Shown: positions 1 through 10,233, counted from the stretch's first letter. The stretch is DNA of 64,000 nt from Candidatus Caldarchaeum sp. (GCA_038831915.1 JAWBKB010000007.1:1-64000), one strand, 5' to 3'. Program-made: numbers and translations. The notes: generated by a model not told the origin, from the letters alone.

Positions 1-1
1 G

Positions 2-856
2 ATGAAAAATATGAAAACACTCACAGCCGGATATCTACTATCAGCGTTTCATGCCCTGAACTTCACGCCAGCTGTCTTCGTTACGTTTTATCCGTCGCTC
101 GTAACTTTTCCTGCTTCAATCATTCTTCGTGGAGTTGGCTGGCGGCGGCTGAAGCCGAGGATTAGTGATAAAGCATCGGTCAGCTACGTCATCTGGGCTT
201 TCGGCCTGCAAACATACATCTTCCTCCTCCTCGAGTTAACTGAAGTCATTGAAGGAGCGTTAATGATAGCAGCGATTACATGGACGATTTATTCGTTGGC
301 AGAAGCTTTTCTCTATTTGTCTGCCACAAGCATCTTCAACATTTTGGTGTTCAGAATTTCACCTATTAGCTTAGCCGCAGTAGCGGTTATCGACTTTCTT
401 GTGCTTACTCGACAAGTTGCAATCAACATGCCAAGTTCGGCAGACCCAATAGTTCAACTGATTTACGTTGCGGCAGCTTTGCTTTTCGTATCTGCGGTTT
501 CAGCTGGATACGCCTCGTCAAAAATCACACCAATCGAACGCTCATTAACACCCCGAAAACACGCTTATCTCCCACCAGGTTCCCCAACAGTTGAGACGCG
601 AAAAACTACATCAAGGGAGGTTGCCAAACCTCAGCTCAAAGTCATCCGTTCGAATAGTTACAAAATCTGTCCCAGCTGCCGCCACAGGAACCCAGTGGAA
701 ACAGATTTCTGCACAACGTGCGGAGCTTATTTCGAAGTAGACTATTCGGGCCTCGCTTGCCCAATCTGTAGCGCGCCATTATCAATGGCCAAGTCTTTAG
801 CGAATCGCCGGTATCTCTGCGGCGTCTGCGCTTCAACCATCGAGTTGACGCGTTAA
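2..856 (+). CDS. Multi-pass membrane protein with C-terminal double zinc-ribbon
   Basis: Several hydrophobic helices, Pro-rich linker, then CPSC..CTTC and CPIC..CGVC; start at window edge uncertain. Confidence 0.7.
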   Translation: MKNMKTLTAGYLLSAFHALNFTPAVFVTFYPSLVTFPASIILRGVGWRRLKPRISDKASVSYVIWAFGLQTYIFLLLELTEVIEGALMIAAITWTIYSLAEAFLYLSATSIFNILVFRISPISLAAVAVIDFLVLTRQVAINMPSSADPIVQLIYVAAALLFVSAVSAGYASSKITPIERSLTPRKHAYLPPGSPTVETRKTTSREVAKPQLKVIRSNSYKICPSCRHRNPVETDFCTTCGAYFEVDYSGLACPICSAPLSMAKSLANRRYLCGVCASTIELTR

Positions 857-860
857 AACT

Positions 861-1156
861 GGGTGTGCGGCTCGTAGTCCTCCTTCTGTTCAGGCGGGAT
901 TTGTCTCATCGGCTTCCGCCGAGCTTCGGGGAGGCTGCTCACAGCCCGGCGGCCTTTCCCGCCACGGGTCGCCCGTTTCAACCATTCTTCACCGCTCCTC
1001 GACGGCTTTTACCCGTGTCATGGTCAACGCGGTGAAGCGGTGTCGTTTCTGCGGCGTTGCCGTGGGTCTCCCCACTCGCCTCGCGGCGCCGTGGACGCCT
1101 CCCGCGGGGGAGGAACTTCCTCCGGAGCTCCCGGTGACCCGCCCGGCCGCTCACCC
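861..1156 (-). ncRNA. rnpB: RNase P RNA (archaeal type A-like)
   Basis: Minus strand: P1 GGGUGAGCGGC/GCCGCACACCC; CR-I GAGGAAGUUCCUCC pairing (P4) with CR-V AACAGAAGGAGGACUA; P8 CGCC-GCGA-GGCG; P9 GUGGG-GAGA-CCCAC; CAGAAAC and UGAAAC conserved regions; P6 GGAGGC/GCCUCC. Confidence 0.93.
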
Positions 1157-1184
1157 ATCAAAAAATGTACAACGGTTCTTTTAA

Positions 1185-1589
1185 CTATTCCACTTTTATT
1201 TTTGTCCCTCGCGCACCCTTCTTCGAAACCTTTACTTCAAGGACGCCGTGCAAATATCTCGCCGTAGCCGACGAAGTGTCAAGCCCGCTGGGCAGCTCGA
1301 CCATCAGCCTGTAGCGGTTGCCGTAACGGCCGGAAGGAATGTCGGGCCTGCATGGTGCTTCGACCATCAAGCCGTTCTCGAAAACTTCTATTTCGATGTC
1401 TTCCTTCCTCACTCCCGGCATGTCGACGGTCACCACGTATTCTCTCTCCGACTCGGTAACGTTGTACAACGGCATGATGCATCCAGTTCTCATCTCGGCT
1501 TCCTTTATCATTCGCATCGTTTCCTCCATTTCTCTTTCCATCCGTCTTTGAATTCTTCTAATCCATTCCCAGGGCGATTCATCCATCAC
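1185..1589 (-). CDS. Small heat-shock protein Hsp20 (alpha-crystallin family)
   Basis: VDMPGVRKEDIEI, A.Y.HGVLEV and C-terminal IKVE motifs. Confidence 0.92.
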   Translation of the reverse strand: MMDESPWEWIRRIQRRMEREMEETMRMIKEAEMRTGCIMPLYNVTESEREYVVTVDMPGVRKEDIEIEVFENGLMVEAPCRPDIPSGRYGNRYRLMVELPSGLDTSSATARYLHGVLEVKVSKKGARGTKIKVE

Positions 1590-1592
1590 GCA

Positions 1593-2336
1593 TCACCTGT
1601 AAACGGCGGGAAGTTCCATTTCACGGCTTTTCTGAACCATCGCTTCCGACGTTCGTCTCATCAGGTCTCTTAGCTGTATTCGGACGGCTTCTTCGCTTTC
1701 GAGAAGCTGCTTGACGTCAACGTGTTCTCCGACGAGCTTGGGAAATGCTGTAAGTAGTTGTGCCGCCGCTCCTGGATCTGGATAGTTAAGATGAGATTGT
1801 GCAAGCAAGACAACAACATCCACACCTCTGCGGACACCCATTCTAAGGATTTCGGCGTGAACCCCCGTGAGAAATCCTTCGGTAAAAAGTTCGACACCTA
1901 GCCATTTAGCGATTTCCTCGGATTTGACCGAATTAATTGAAAGCACAAAAACCTTTGGAACGTCGATTTCGATTCGACGTGGCTCCGCGACTCCTGTCAA
2001 ACACCCCACCCAGCTGATTTTTTTCGAGACAGCCCAATCCACAAGCGCTTCTGCAAAATCTCGCACGAACATCGGAGGGATAGGAATTTCGGAAACAATT
2101 GAGACGAACTTTGGTGAATCATAAATTCTGATGAGTTCCTTAGGCATGCTTCTTCTAACCGGCACCACCGGCGGCAGTTCACGGGAATCAACGTAGCCTT
2201 TCTCTTCGAGTTTTAGATGTTCCACTAAGTAAGAAACCGCGATGGCTCCCGCCAACCCTGTATCGGGAAATCCAACAATCAACGGTTTATTTACGACGCC
2301 GAGGCGATCTACAAAATTAAACAGTCCAGCGCTCAT
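1593..2336 (-). CDS. PAC2-family proteasome assembly chaperone/activator (PbaA/B-like)
   Basis: GFPDTGLAG, YPDPGAAA motifs; C-terminal VYR (HbYX-type). Confidence 0.85.
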   Translation of the reverse strand: MSAGLFNFVDRLGVVNKPLIVGFPDTGLAGAIAVSYLVEHLKLEEKGYVDSRELPPVVPVRRSMPKELIRIYDSPKFVSIVSEIPIPPMFVRDFAEALVDWAVSKKISWVGCLTGVAEPRRIEIDVPKVFVLSINSVKSEEIAKWLGVELFTEGFLTGVHAEILRMGVRRGVDVVVLLAQSHLNYPDPGAAAQLLTAFPKLVGEHVDVKQLLESEEAVRIQLRDLMRRTSEAMVQKSREMELPAVYR

Positions 2337-2450
2337 ACTGTTCAGTCAACACAAAGCTTGACTATGCATAAAAACGTTTCATGGTCTTTCCTCCGAATAT
2401 CTAAAACAAATCTTTAAAAATAAACTACGCAATCTACAATATTGACGAAC

Positions 2451-4451
2451 ATGTCAGAATCTCTACCTTTCGATGAACGTATTGAACTACCTAACTGGAA
2501 ACACCGAGCCGTCGACATAGATTTCTACAAAATATACTGGAAAAAATCAGTGGAAAACTATGTCGATTTTTGGGCCTCACAAGCGAAAGAAATCGAATGG
2601 TTCAAACCATGGGAGAAAACCCTGGAGCCGGGCGAATATCCCTATGTTTTCAAATGGTTCGTCGGCGGAAGGCTAAACATTTCCTATCTCTGCGTCGACA
2701 GGCATGCAAAATCGTGGAGGAAGAACAAAGTCGCGTACATTTGGGAGGGTGAGCCGGTCGACGCAAACGGAAATCCGTTGGAAGTTAAGAAAATTACCTA
2801 CAACGAGCTCTACAAGTTAGCTAACAAATTTGCATACGTTTTCAAAAGCTTCGGTTTGAAAATGGGCGATAAAGTCGCGCTGTATTTGCCGATGATTCCT
2901 GAACTTCCCATCTCGATGCTGGCTTTATCACGGCTGGGGGTTATTTTCACGGTTGTGTTCAGCGGATTCTCCGCTGAAAACCTCGCAATCAGAATGAACG
3001 ACCTCGGAGCGAAAGTTTTGATCACGGCTGACGGGTTCTATCGACGTGGCCGATTGGTGAACCTCAAAGAAATAGCTGATAAGGCTTTGGTTGCGACTCC
3101 TGCCTGTGAAAAAGTTATCGTGGTAAGGCGTGCTGGTAACGAAGTTTCGATGAAAGAAGGCCGCGACTACTGGATACATGATCTTTTGCGAAACGTCCCC
3201 GAAAATGTCTACGTTGAGCCAGAACACCTCGAATCAACTAATCCACTCTACGTCCTATATACTTCTGGAACAACGGGGAAGCCGAAAGGCATCATCCACG
3301 ACCACGGAGGATACTCTGTGATCCTCAACGCGACGATGAAATGGATTTTTGACATGCGCGATGACGATGTGTATTTCTGCACTGCGGACATTGGATGGGT
3401 TACGGGCCACAGCTACATCGTTTTCGGACCACTCATCGCAGGAGCCACCATCGTGATGTATGAGGGGACACCCGATTATCCGGCGGTCGATAGGTGGTGG
3501 TCGCTGATTGAACGACATGGCGTGACAATCTTCTACACGACACCGACGGCGGTGCGTATGTTGATGAAATTTGGCTCAGAGCCTGTTAAGAAGCATGACC
3601 TTTCAACACTACGGCTGATTCACAGCGTAGGTGAACCTATCAACCCAGCTGCCTGGAGATGGCTGTTCGAAGTGGTTGGCGACAAAAGATGTCCAGTCGG
3701 CTCGACGTGGTGGATGACGGAAACTGGCGGAATAATGATAAGCCACACACCTGGATTGATGCTCGTGCCGCTCAAAGCTGGGACGAACGGGCTACCGCTA
3801 CCGGGAATCGCGGCCGACGTCCTCGACGAAAAAGGCAACGAAGTCAAGCCCGGGGAAAGAGGACTTCTCGTCATCAAGCAGCCGTGGCCAGGAATGCCTG
3901 CTCCACCAACAGGGATGTGGGGAGAACCCGACAGATACCGACAAGTTTACTGGGAGAAAATTGGAGGCTTATTCTTCACGGGAGACTATGCTGTGAAAGA
4001 CCATGACGGATACATCTGGGTGGCTGGTAGGGCTGACGAAGTTCTAAAAGTGGCTGGACACCGTATCGGCACCTACGAGCTGGAATCCGTGCTGATATCG
4101 CATAAAGCCGTTGCCGAGGCCGCTGTCGTCGGTGTCCCCGACGAAGTGAAGGGCGAAGTTCCTCTTGCTTTCGTTGTTCTCAAAAGCGGATATACAGGTG
4201 GAAAGGAGATGGCGGAGGAGCTGACCAGATGGGTTCGCGACACTTATGGGCCCATCGCAACACCTTCCGGTGTTTTGTTCATCGAGAAACTGCCAAAAAC
4301 CAGAAGCGGTAAAATCATGAGAAGAGTTTTGAAGGCCGTGGCGGTTGGTGGAGGCCTCGGAGACCTCACAACCCTGGAAGACGAAGCCGCCGTCGAGGAG
4401 ATCAAGTCAAGCTATGAAGAACTCATCAAAGCCATTCGAAAATCAAGCTGA
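2451..4451 (+). CDS. acs: Acetyl-CoA synthetase (AMP-forming)
   Basis: YTSGTTGKPKG, WWMTETGG, LPKTRSGKIMRR; upstream TTTAAAAA TATA-like box at ~2413. Confidence 0.96.
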   Translation: MSESLPFDERIELPNWKHRAVDIDFYKIYWKKSVENYVDFWASQAKEIEWFKPWEKTLEPGEYPYVFKWFVGGRLNISYLCVDRHAKSWRKNKVAYIWEGEPVDANGNPLEVKKITYNELYKLANKFAYVFKSFGLKMGDKVALYLPMIPELPISMLALSRLGVIFTVVFSGFSAENLAIRMNDLGAKVLITADGFYRRGRLVNLKEIADKALVATPACEKVIVVRRAGNEVSMKEGRDYWIHDLLRNVPENVYVEPEHLESTNPLYVLYTSGTTGKPKGIIHDHGGYSVILNATMKWIFDMRDDDVYFCTADIGWVTGHSYIVFGPLIAGATIVMYEGTPDYPAVDRWWSLIERHGVTIFYTTPTAVRMLMKFGSEPVKKHDLSTLRLIHSVGEPINPAAWRWLFEVVGDKRCPVGSTWWMTETGGIMISHTPGLMLVPLKAGTNGLPLPGIAADVLDEKGNEVKPGERGLLVIKQPWPGMPAPPTGMWGEPDRYRQVYWEKIGGLFFTGDYAVKDHDGYIWVAGRADEVLKVAGHRIGTYELESVLISHKAVAEAAVVGVPDEVKGEVPLAFVVLKSGYTGGKEMAEELTRWVRDTYGPIATPSGVLFIEKLPKTRSGKIMRRVLKAVAVGGGLGDLTTLEDEAAVEEIKSSYEELIKAIRKSS

Positions 4452-5169
4452 CATCATAGACAAAACCAAACAGAAAATTCGACACGAAATCTGGAATCTC
4501 CTTGAACAACGCCGGGTAGCTTTATTTCCAAAACCCGTCATCGGGCGAATTCCCAACTTCAAAGGAGCCGTCGAAGCTGCGAAAAAACTTCGAGCTTCCC
4601 GCCAGTTCGATCAAGCATCAATTGTTAAGGTAAACCCTGACTCACCTCAGAAGGCTGTGCGAGAAAACGTTTTACAAGACGGTAAAACCCTCATAATGCC
4701 AACGCCGAGAATCAAACATGGATTTCTCATGGTTAAGCCGGGGAAACTCAGCCACCTACAGATAGCTGAGGCGGCGACAATCGCTGGTGCATTCAAACAC
4801 GGTGAAAAGATTCATCCCAGAGATTTGCCGACGATTGATTTGATGGTTGTTGGAAGTGTTGCGGTTTCGCCGAATGGATGGCGAATCGGCAAAGGTGAAG
4901 GATATTCCGAAATCGAGTTCGCAATACTCAAAACATTCGGAAAAATAACTGATGAAACACCGATATGGACGACTGTTCACGACCTTCAGATAGTTCAGGA
5001 AATTCCATTCATGCCTTATGATGTCCCGGTTGACCGCATCTTCACAAACACAAAGATAATTAATTGTCCGCGAAATTCCAAACCATACGGCATTCTCTGG
5101 CAATGCCTAACCAAAGAAAAGATAGAGTCAATTCCTCTTCTTGAAGAACTTATGGAAGATACTTTCTGA
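4414..5169 (+). CDS. 5-formyltetrahydrofolate cyclo-ligase family protein (MTHFSD-like)
   Basis: [35 protein letters not shown]; start uncertain (overlaps acs end). Confidence 0.88.
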   Translation: MKNSSKPFENQADIIDKTKQKIRHEIWNLLEQRRVALFPKPVIGRIPNFKGAVEAAKKLRASRQFDQASIVKVNPDSPQKAVRENVLQDGKTLIMPTPRIKHGFLMVKPGKLSHLQIAEAATIAGAFKHGEKIHPRDLPTIDLMVVGSVAVSPNGWRIGKGEGYSEIEFAILKTFGKITDETPIWTTVHDLQIVQEIPFMPYDVPVDRIFTNTKIINCPRNSKPYGILWQCLTKEKIESIPLLEELMEDTF

Positions 5170-6184
5170 GTAAAGGCCTCAGCTGCGGGATAGTTTTGAG
5201 AGCGAATGGGTCAACGTGCTTCGCCCTAGCGAGCGCCACAGTTACGACGTCTGTGAAGAAAATGAGCTTGACCAGCTCGGCTTGCCGGCTTGAAGACTTT
5301 ACAAACAAGCGGAAAACATCGGCGTGGCTTTTTCTAAGATGTTCTTCAGCCCAGTCAAGAGCCTCGGAAATCATCGGATGCTCGTAACCGCTTCTCAGAA
5401 AAACGTAGCTAAATTTCTCAATCATGGTCCATCCTTCCAACTCGTTGTGAAAAGCTTCGGGAACGACGGCGTAGTATGCTGGATGTTTACTGTTCTCGTT
5501 CAACTGACATTTGAACCGATGTAACACGGATGACAGATGTTCGGGCCCGATTATGATGACAGGCTTGTCAACCAGTTTTTCAGCCAATTCCACGGCCGCA
5601 TTTCTAGTCATGTCTTCAAAATCTTTCGCATATGCTTCGAGTTCGTCAATTGTTTTGAGGAATTCTCTTGGGTTGAAGCCGTCGAACGGCGTCAAAATGC
5701 CGTACACCACGCCTACCATTTCGGGAACGGCGTAACGCGGCTGAAGCCCTTTCGAAACCTCTACGACTTCGAGTCCCTTCATCTTCATCGATTCCGCAAG
5801 TCTTCCACCGGAAGATACACCGACGACGAAAGCGTTCCTCGAAAACGCGTCGATGTAGGCCCAGTTAGTTTCAGTTGTATTACCCGAGTAGCTCACCACC
5901 ACCACGAAAGAATTTGGCCCAACATTCGGCGGAACGGACATCGATTTGACTGGTTCGACGACCACCTTTGAATCTCTCTGCTTCAGGCCTGAAACTATGT
6001 CTCCGACGATTCCAGAGCCTCCCATTCCTAGAACGTAAACACGGCTGAAGATGCTGAGTTGGGGAAGAGGGGGGAGAGAAATCCCCGATTCAAAGCCGCG
6101 GCGATACATTTCAGGAGATTTTAAAATTAGGCGCCATGCACGTAGAAAATTCTCGTCCACAGCCATCAAACGGCATGGGCCCAA
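5150..6184 (-). CDS. Bifunctional phosphoglucose/phosphomannose isomerase (SIS)
   Basis: GMGGSG, SYSGNTTET, QPR, QLNENSK, PEAFHNELE motifs. Confidence 0.9.
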   Translation of the reverse strand: MGPCRLMAVDENFLRAWRLILKSPEMYRRGFESGISLPPLPQLSIFSRVYVLGMGGSGIVGDIVSGLKQRDSKVVVEPVKSMSVPPNVGPNSFVVVVSYSGNTTETNWAYIDAFSRNAFVVGVSSGGRLAESMKMKGLEVVEVSKGLQPRYAVPEMVGVVYGILTPFDGFNPREFLKTIDELEAYAKDFEDMTRNAAVELAEKLVDKPVIIIGPEHLSSVLHRFKCQLNENSKHPAYYAVVPEAFHNELEGWTMIEKFSYVFLRSGYEHPMISEALDWAEEHLRKSHADVFRLFVKSSSRQAELVKLIFFTDVVTVALARAKHVDPFALKTIPQLRPLLRKYLP

Positions 6185-6197
6185 TTAGCTATAAGTT

Positions 6198-7004
6198 TTA
6201 AGTTTCAGCAAGCTGTGCAAGTCGTTCTCTAAAATATTCCATAGCTTGAAGAAGCTTGGACTCGTCTTTCATTTCCGCGATGAAGTCGACCTCAACTATG
6301 GAAACTTTTTCAACTCCTTTAGGGTTGCTTTTCACGTAAACTCCGCTAAATTTTCTCATGGTATCGACGAGAAGAGGAGCCATCCTGGATTCGACTAAGC
6401 CCTCCACCGTAATGCTTCTGATGACAAAGCTTTTTCCACCAGATTCTCTCACCAACAGAGGCTTGATTTGGTTATCGAAAATGTCCATCAATTCTTTGGG
6501 AACGCCGGGTAGACAAACTATTCTGACATTTTTGTGTTCGAGCAAGACACCGACCGCGGTTCCGACACGGTTTTCTAAAGGCTGCGAGCCCTGCGGCAAA
6601 CGAGCCATTTTCAGCCTCTCCTTCGTGAGGGTAGGGTCTTTGATAATTCCTTGACTCGCCAACTCCTGATAGCGTTTAAGCATTTTTTCGACAACTTCGG
6701 GATACAGTCTCAGCCGTCTACCGGTGGCTTTGCCGACAGCCTGCAGAGTTTTGTCATCATGTGTGGGACCAAGACCTCCGCTTATCAAAATCCATCGAGG
6801 CTTTCTGCGCATCGCTTCTTTCAGAACAGAGACAATCTGGTTTATGTCGTCCCTTACAACGGTTGCCCTCGAAACGATATATCCAAGCTCCGTTAGGCGG
6901 CCGCACATCCAGTTAAGGTTTGTATTCACAGTCCTGCCGTCAAGCAGTTCGTTGCCAACGTTGATAATTTCGACGAATTGTTTGCGGGCCATGACACGCC
7001 TCAC
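6198..7004 (-). CDS. CinA N-terminal / molybdopterin-binding domain protein
   Basis: VGNELLDGRTVNTN, GGLGPTHDDKT, LPGVPKE. Confidence 0.88.
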   Translation of the reverse strand: MRRVMARKQFVEIINVGNELLDGRTVNTNLNWMCGRLTELGYIVSRATVVRDDINQIVSVLKEAMRRKPRWILISGGLGPTHDDKTLQAVGKATGRRLRLYPEVVEKMLKRYQELASQGIIKDPTLTKERLKMARLPQGSQPLENRVGTAVGVLLEHKNVRIVCLPGVPKELMDIFDNQIKPLLVRESGGKSFVIRSITVEGLVESRMAPLLVDTMRKFSGVYVKSNPKGVEKVSIVEVDFIAEMKDESKLLQAMEYFRERLAQLAET

Positions 7005-7669
7005 AAATTGAGAAGCGAAGCAACGACTTTTCCATCCTTAATTTCGATAGCGGCGCAGAACCCGTCCTTGGCCGGCCCAGCGTTCACGACCGTTGTTTCG
7101 CCTATTTTTGAAACCGAACGCGCCTCATGAATGTGGCCACAGCTAACCAGCAGCGGCTTGGTTTTTTCCACGAATGTCCGAATGGCTGTGCTGCCGAGGT
7201 GTTTCCCTCTTGCATAGTCGGCGTCAACACCATGCGGTGGTGTGTGGCTGACCAAAATGAATTTAGGCGACGTCGGCTGAAGTGTGTTCAACATTTTTTC
7301 GAATTCATGCTCCGAAAACTCGGTCAACGTGTTGAATGGAGAAAGATTTCCTCCACCTATTCCGATGAATTCGTAGTCCTGAAGCTTTGTTTTTTCGAGA
7401 TGAATGTTGACGATGTTTTTGTTATTTGGTTTCCATGAAAGCATGGACGGATGGTCACAGTTGCCGGGAACAAACATCACAGGCTTACCCGAGCTGGCGA
7501 TAGTTTCAAGCAAAACTTTGGCTTGCGGAACGGCTCCGAAATGGGTGATGTCTCCTACTACAAGCACCACGTCAAAATCAACGGCTTTAGCCGCAACTTT
7601 CGAAGCCGCGTCGAGACTGCCGTGAACATCTGAAACCTGTAAAATCTCCATCATTTGGACGGGTTGCAC
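7001..7669 (-). CDS. Calcineurin-like metallophosphoesterase
   Basis: SDVHG, GDIT, PGNCD, SHTPP, CGHIHE motifs. Confidence 0.9.
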   Translation of the reverse strand: MQPVQMMEILQVSDVHGSLDAASKVAAKAVDFDVVLVVGDITHFGAVPQAKVLLETIASSGKPVMFVPGNCDHPSMLSWKPNNKNIVNIHLEKTKLQDYEFIGIGGGNLSPFNTLTEFSEHEFEKMLNTLQPTSPKFILVSHTPPHGVDADYARGKHLGSTAIRTFVEKTKPLLVSCGHIHEARSVSKIGETTVVNAGPAKDGFCAAIEIKDGKVVASLLNL

Positions 7670-7698
7670 GGCTTATTTGAGCCTTTTTCAACGAAATA

Positions 7699-8322
7699 TT
7701 GGCGTGGTTAACGCTTTTATCAAACCGTAAACCGGTAAAGGCGTTGTGGCAGCAGGGGAAGGTAAGAGACGTTGTTCAGACGTCGCTAATAACGGTGGAC
7801 GCATCCGCGTCCATAGTCGAAACAGCGAAAATCATGTCCGAAAAGAGAATAAGCGGCGTGGTCGTAACGGTTAACGGTGAGCCGAAAGGGCTTATAACGG
7901 AAAGAGACATCGTATCAAAGGTTGTGGCAGCAGGTAGAGACCCGTCAAAAACCTCTGCCCGAGAAATCATGAGCCAGCCGCTTATCACCATCGACATAGA
8001 AGCAAGCCTTCTCGAGGCAGTAGACTTGATGAACCGCAAAAAAATACGCCGACTTCTCGTCACCGAAAACGACCGTGTCATCGGATTATTCACTATGAGA
8101 GATGTCATGTCTCTCTCACGGATATGTGCATACTGCGGCAAACCGCTCAGACCGTATCTTCAATCACAACCAAATGTCCAAGCCGACGTCACAGTCGAAT
8201 GTAGCTGCGGCGCCGTATACATGATGGAATGCGCGAAGACTGTGGTTTATTGCATCTATTGTTCGAGGAAACTCGTCGCAGAGGTTTATTACCCACCGCC
8301 CGAAGACACATTCAGCGGATGA
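7699..8322 (+). CDS. CBS-pair protein with C-terminal Cys-rich (RING-like) Zn-binding domain
   Basis: Tandem CBS (GLITERDI, GLFTMRDV) then CAYC..CSC..C..CIYC; true start probably downstream (~7745). Confidence 0.78.
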   Translation: MAWLTLLSNRKPVKALWQQGKVRDVVQTSLITVDASASIVETAKIMSEKRISGVVVTVNGEPKGLITERDIVSKVVAAGRDPSKTSAREIMSQPLITIDIEASLLEAVDLMNRKKIRRLLVTENDRVIGLFTMRDVMSLSRICAYCGKPLRPYLQSQPNVQADVTVECSCGAVYMMECAKTVVYCIYCSRKLVAEVYYPPPEDTFSG

Positions 8323-9266
8323 CAGAACGTGTCGTCTATTCTTACGTCAGTCTTGACAGAGACGCGGTCAGCGACCTCAGCAAATTCGCAAAAGTTTACA
8401 CACCAGAATCGCTTGAAGCAGAAGAGGTTAAGCCAAAAGCTGAAGTAATCATCTGTATTTCGATCAAACCGGAGGAATTTCAAAAGCTCCGCAGCCTAAA
8501 ATTCATCCAAGTGCTTTCGGCCGGAGTTGACGGCCTGCCATGGCCCCATGTTCCACCTCATGTAATGGTCGCCGGTAACATGGGTTCGAACGCTGACGCC
8601 GTCGCAGAACACACATGGGCCATCCTACTTTCCATCGCAAAGAAAACCTGTCACTACTTTCAAAAGGTTCAGGGTGGTGACTTTAAAAGAGACGTGCAAC
8701 TTCGTCTCTTAAGCGGCAAAACCCTGGCGGTCATCGGGATGGGCTCCATCGGAGCAAAAGTCGCTGAAGTCGGCAAAGTTTTCAGCATGCGTGTCATCGG
8801 CGTCACAAAGTCGGGAAAGGCCCGGACAAACGTGGATGAAATATTCGACGCCGGCAAACTCGGAGAAGTTCTTCCTCAAGCGGATGTCCTAGTCATCTCA
8901 ACACCGTTAACCAAACATACGAAAGGCATGTTTCGGTTTGAAAACCTCCGTCTGCTCAAAAAAGGATGTATAGTCGTTAACGTCGGCCGCGCAGAAGTCG
9001 TCGACCGTGACGGATTACTGAGATTTCTCAGAGAAAGGCCTGACGTGGTTTTCGCAACCGATGTCTGGTGGGAGGTTAAGCCAGAAGGGTCATGGGAAAC
9101 AGAGCTAAACAAGCTGCCCAACTTCTTCGGAACACCATGGATAGCAGGGGCCTTCGGAACACCTGAAGTCTACAACCGAATGGTCAAAGCCGCTATAAAC
9201 AACGTGATAAAATACCTAAACGGCCAAAAACCCGACAACATCATCGACCGAACCGAATACGTGTAA
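8319..9266 (+). CDS. D-isomer-specific 2-hydroxyacid dehydrogenase
   Basis: SAGVD, VAEH, GMGSIG, VNVGRA; ATGA overlap with upstream gene. Confidence 0.88.
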   Translation: MTERVVYSYVSLDRDAVSDLSKFAKVYTPESLEAEEVKPKAEVIICISIKPEEFQKLRSLKFIQVLSAGVDGLPWPHVPPHVMVAGNMGSNADAVAEHTWAILLSIAKKTCHYFQKVQGGDFKRDVQLRLLSGKTLAVIGMGSIGAKVAEVGKVFSMRVIGVTKSGKARTNVDEIFDAGKLGEVLPQADVLVISTPLTKHTKGMFRFENLRLLKKGCIVVNVGRAEVVDRDGLLRFLRERPDVVFATDVWWEVKPEGSWETELNKLPNFFGTPWIAGAFGTPEVYNRMVKAAINNVIKYLNGQKPDNIIDRTEYV

Positions 9267-9306
9267 ACAACCCTTAAAAAACTCCGTATAAATTATTCAC
9301 ACTGGA

Positions 9307-9414
9307 GCCGGGGTCCCACAGCCAGGTAGTGGGCCGGCCTCGAGATCAAACAACCTGGTCAAGACAGCCGGTGGCCTTTCACAGGCCGCGTGGGTTCAAA
9401 TCCCACCCCCGGCG
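9307..9414 (+). tRNA. tRNA-Ser(CGA) with 21-nt intron at 37/38 (9345-9365)
   Basis: Acceptor GCCGGGG/CCCCGGC, anticodon stem CCGGC/GCCGG, long variable arm GGCCT-TTCAC-AGGCC, T-loop GTTCAAATC, G73. Confidence 0.92.
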
Positions 9415-9552
9415 TATTTTATATATATGATATTAGTTTTAGTTATTCTTGGCGCACCATAACAGAATACCATGATCAGCATACCAGAATCCCACCACCA
9501 AACGCATTTTCAGACATCTCTGTCCGACCAAAAGTACAGCTGCTTTACTTAA

Positions 9553-10233
9553 TCATGTCTGGTAAAGTTGTTTGGATACAGGAGCACCGCCGCAAAAGTT
9601 TTGCACTTTTGCCACGACTTCATCGAGAGCATCTTCCAAGTATTTGTTTTCAACGCCGGGCACTCCCCAAACCATCAAAACAACATTCCGCGTGTTCTCA
9701 GTCACTTTGGAAATTTCGCTGTCCCTGTGAGGATAAACAGAAACGATGTTATCACCATCCTCTATGACAACCTCTCTGCCCGTCAAATTCAACGGCTTGT
9801 CCATTCCGATGCCGTAAAACAACTCCCCATCCCGGCTGAAACGCAAACATAGGTTTCCCGAAATTTTTTCACGGTCATATGCGGCCACAGGAATCAATCG
9901 TTTCATAGAAACCACGTTGCAAATGTCGACCAAGCTGTTGACCCGCGGAAAATCCTTGCCCTGCAAAACTCTCCTCAAAAGAGCTTCGGCTGAGGGCCTC
10001 GTCTTAGTGGGGTCTATGCTGATCTTCCAGAAAAAATCCCTGTAGGCCCGAGCCAAAGGATTTTTCGCAAGCTCCTCGACCACGTAAGCTTTTCTGACAT
10101 ATTCGACCGCTTCCGCGACAAATTCATCGAGAGCTACGGAGTAGCGGCTTACCTTTACGCCTTGAAGAGACGCTGCGCCAACAGCGAGGCCTTTAAAAAA
10201 ACGGGAAATTTCGGGAGAAATTTGAAAAAGCAT
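9553..10233 (-). CDS. B3/B4-domain protein (PheRS beta editing-domain-like)
   Basis: AYRDFF..IDPTKTRPSAEALLRR, VNSLVDICNVVS, AYDREKI; start chosen at ATG 10233. Confidence 0.87.
   Translation of the reverse strand: MLFQISPEISRFFKGLAVGAASLQGVKVSRYSVALDEFVAEAVEYVRKAYVVEELAKNPLARAYRDFFWKISIDPTKTRPSAEALLRRVLQGKDFPRVNSLVDICNVVSMKRLIPVAAYDREKISGNLCLRFSRDGELFYGIGMDKPLNLTGREVVIEDGDNIVSVYPHRDSEISKVTENTRNVVLMVWGVPGVENKYLEDALDEVVAKVQNFCGGAPVSKQLYQT

Noticed and set aside
1040-1267. 75-aa ORF in GC-rich stretch
   Set aside because: Antisense to the RNase P RNA; GC richness is explained by RNA structure
9390-9767. ORF starting MGSNPTPG (likewise 10680-10910 MGRGRFELP and 63649-63879)
   Set aside because: Typical translations of tRNA arms or shadows of real genes
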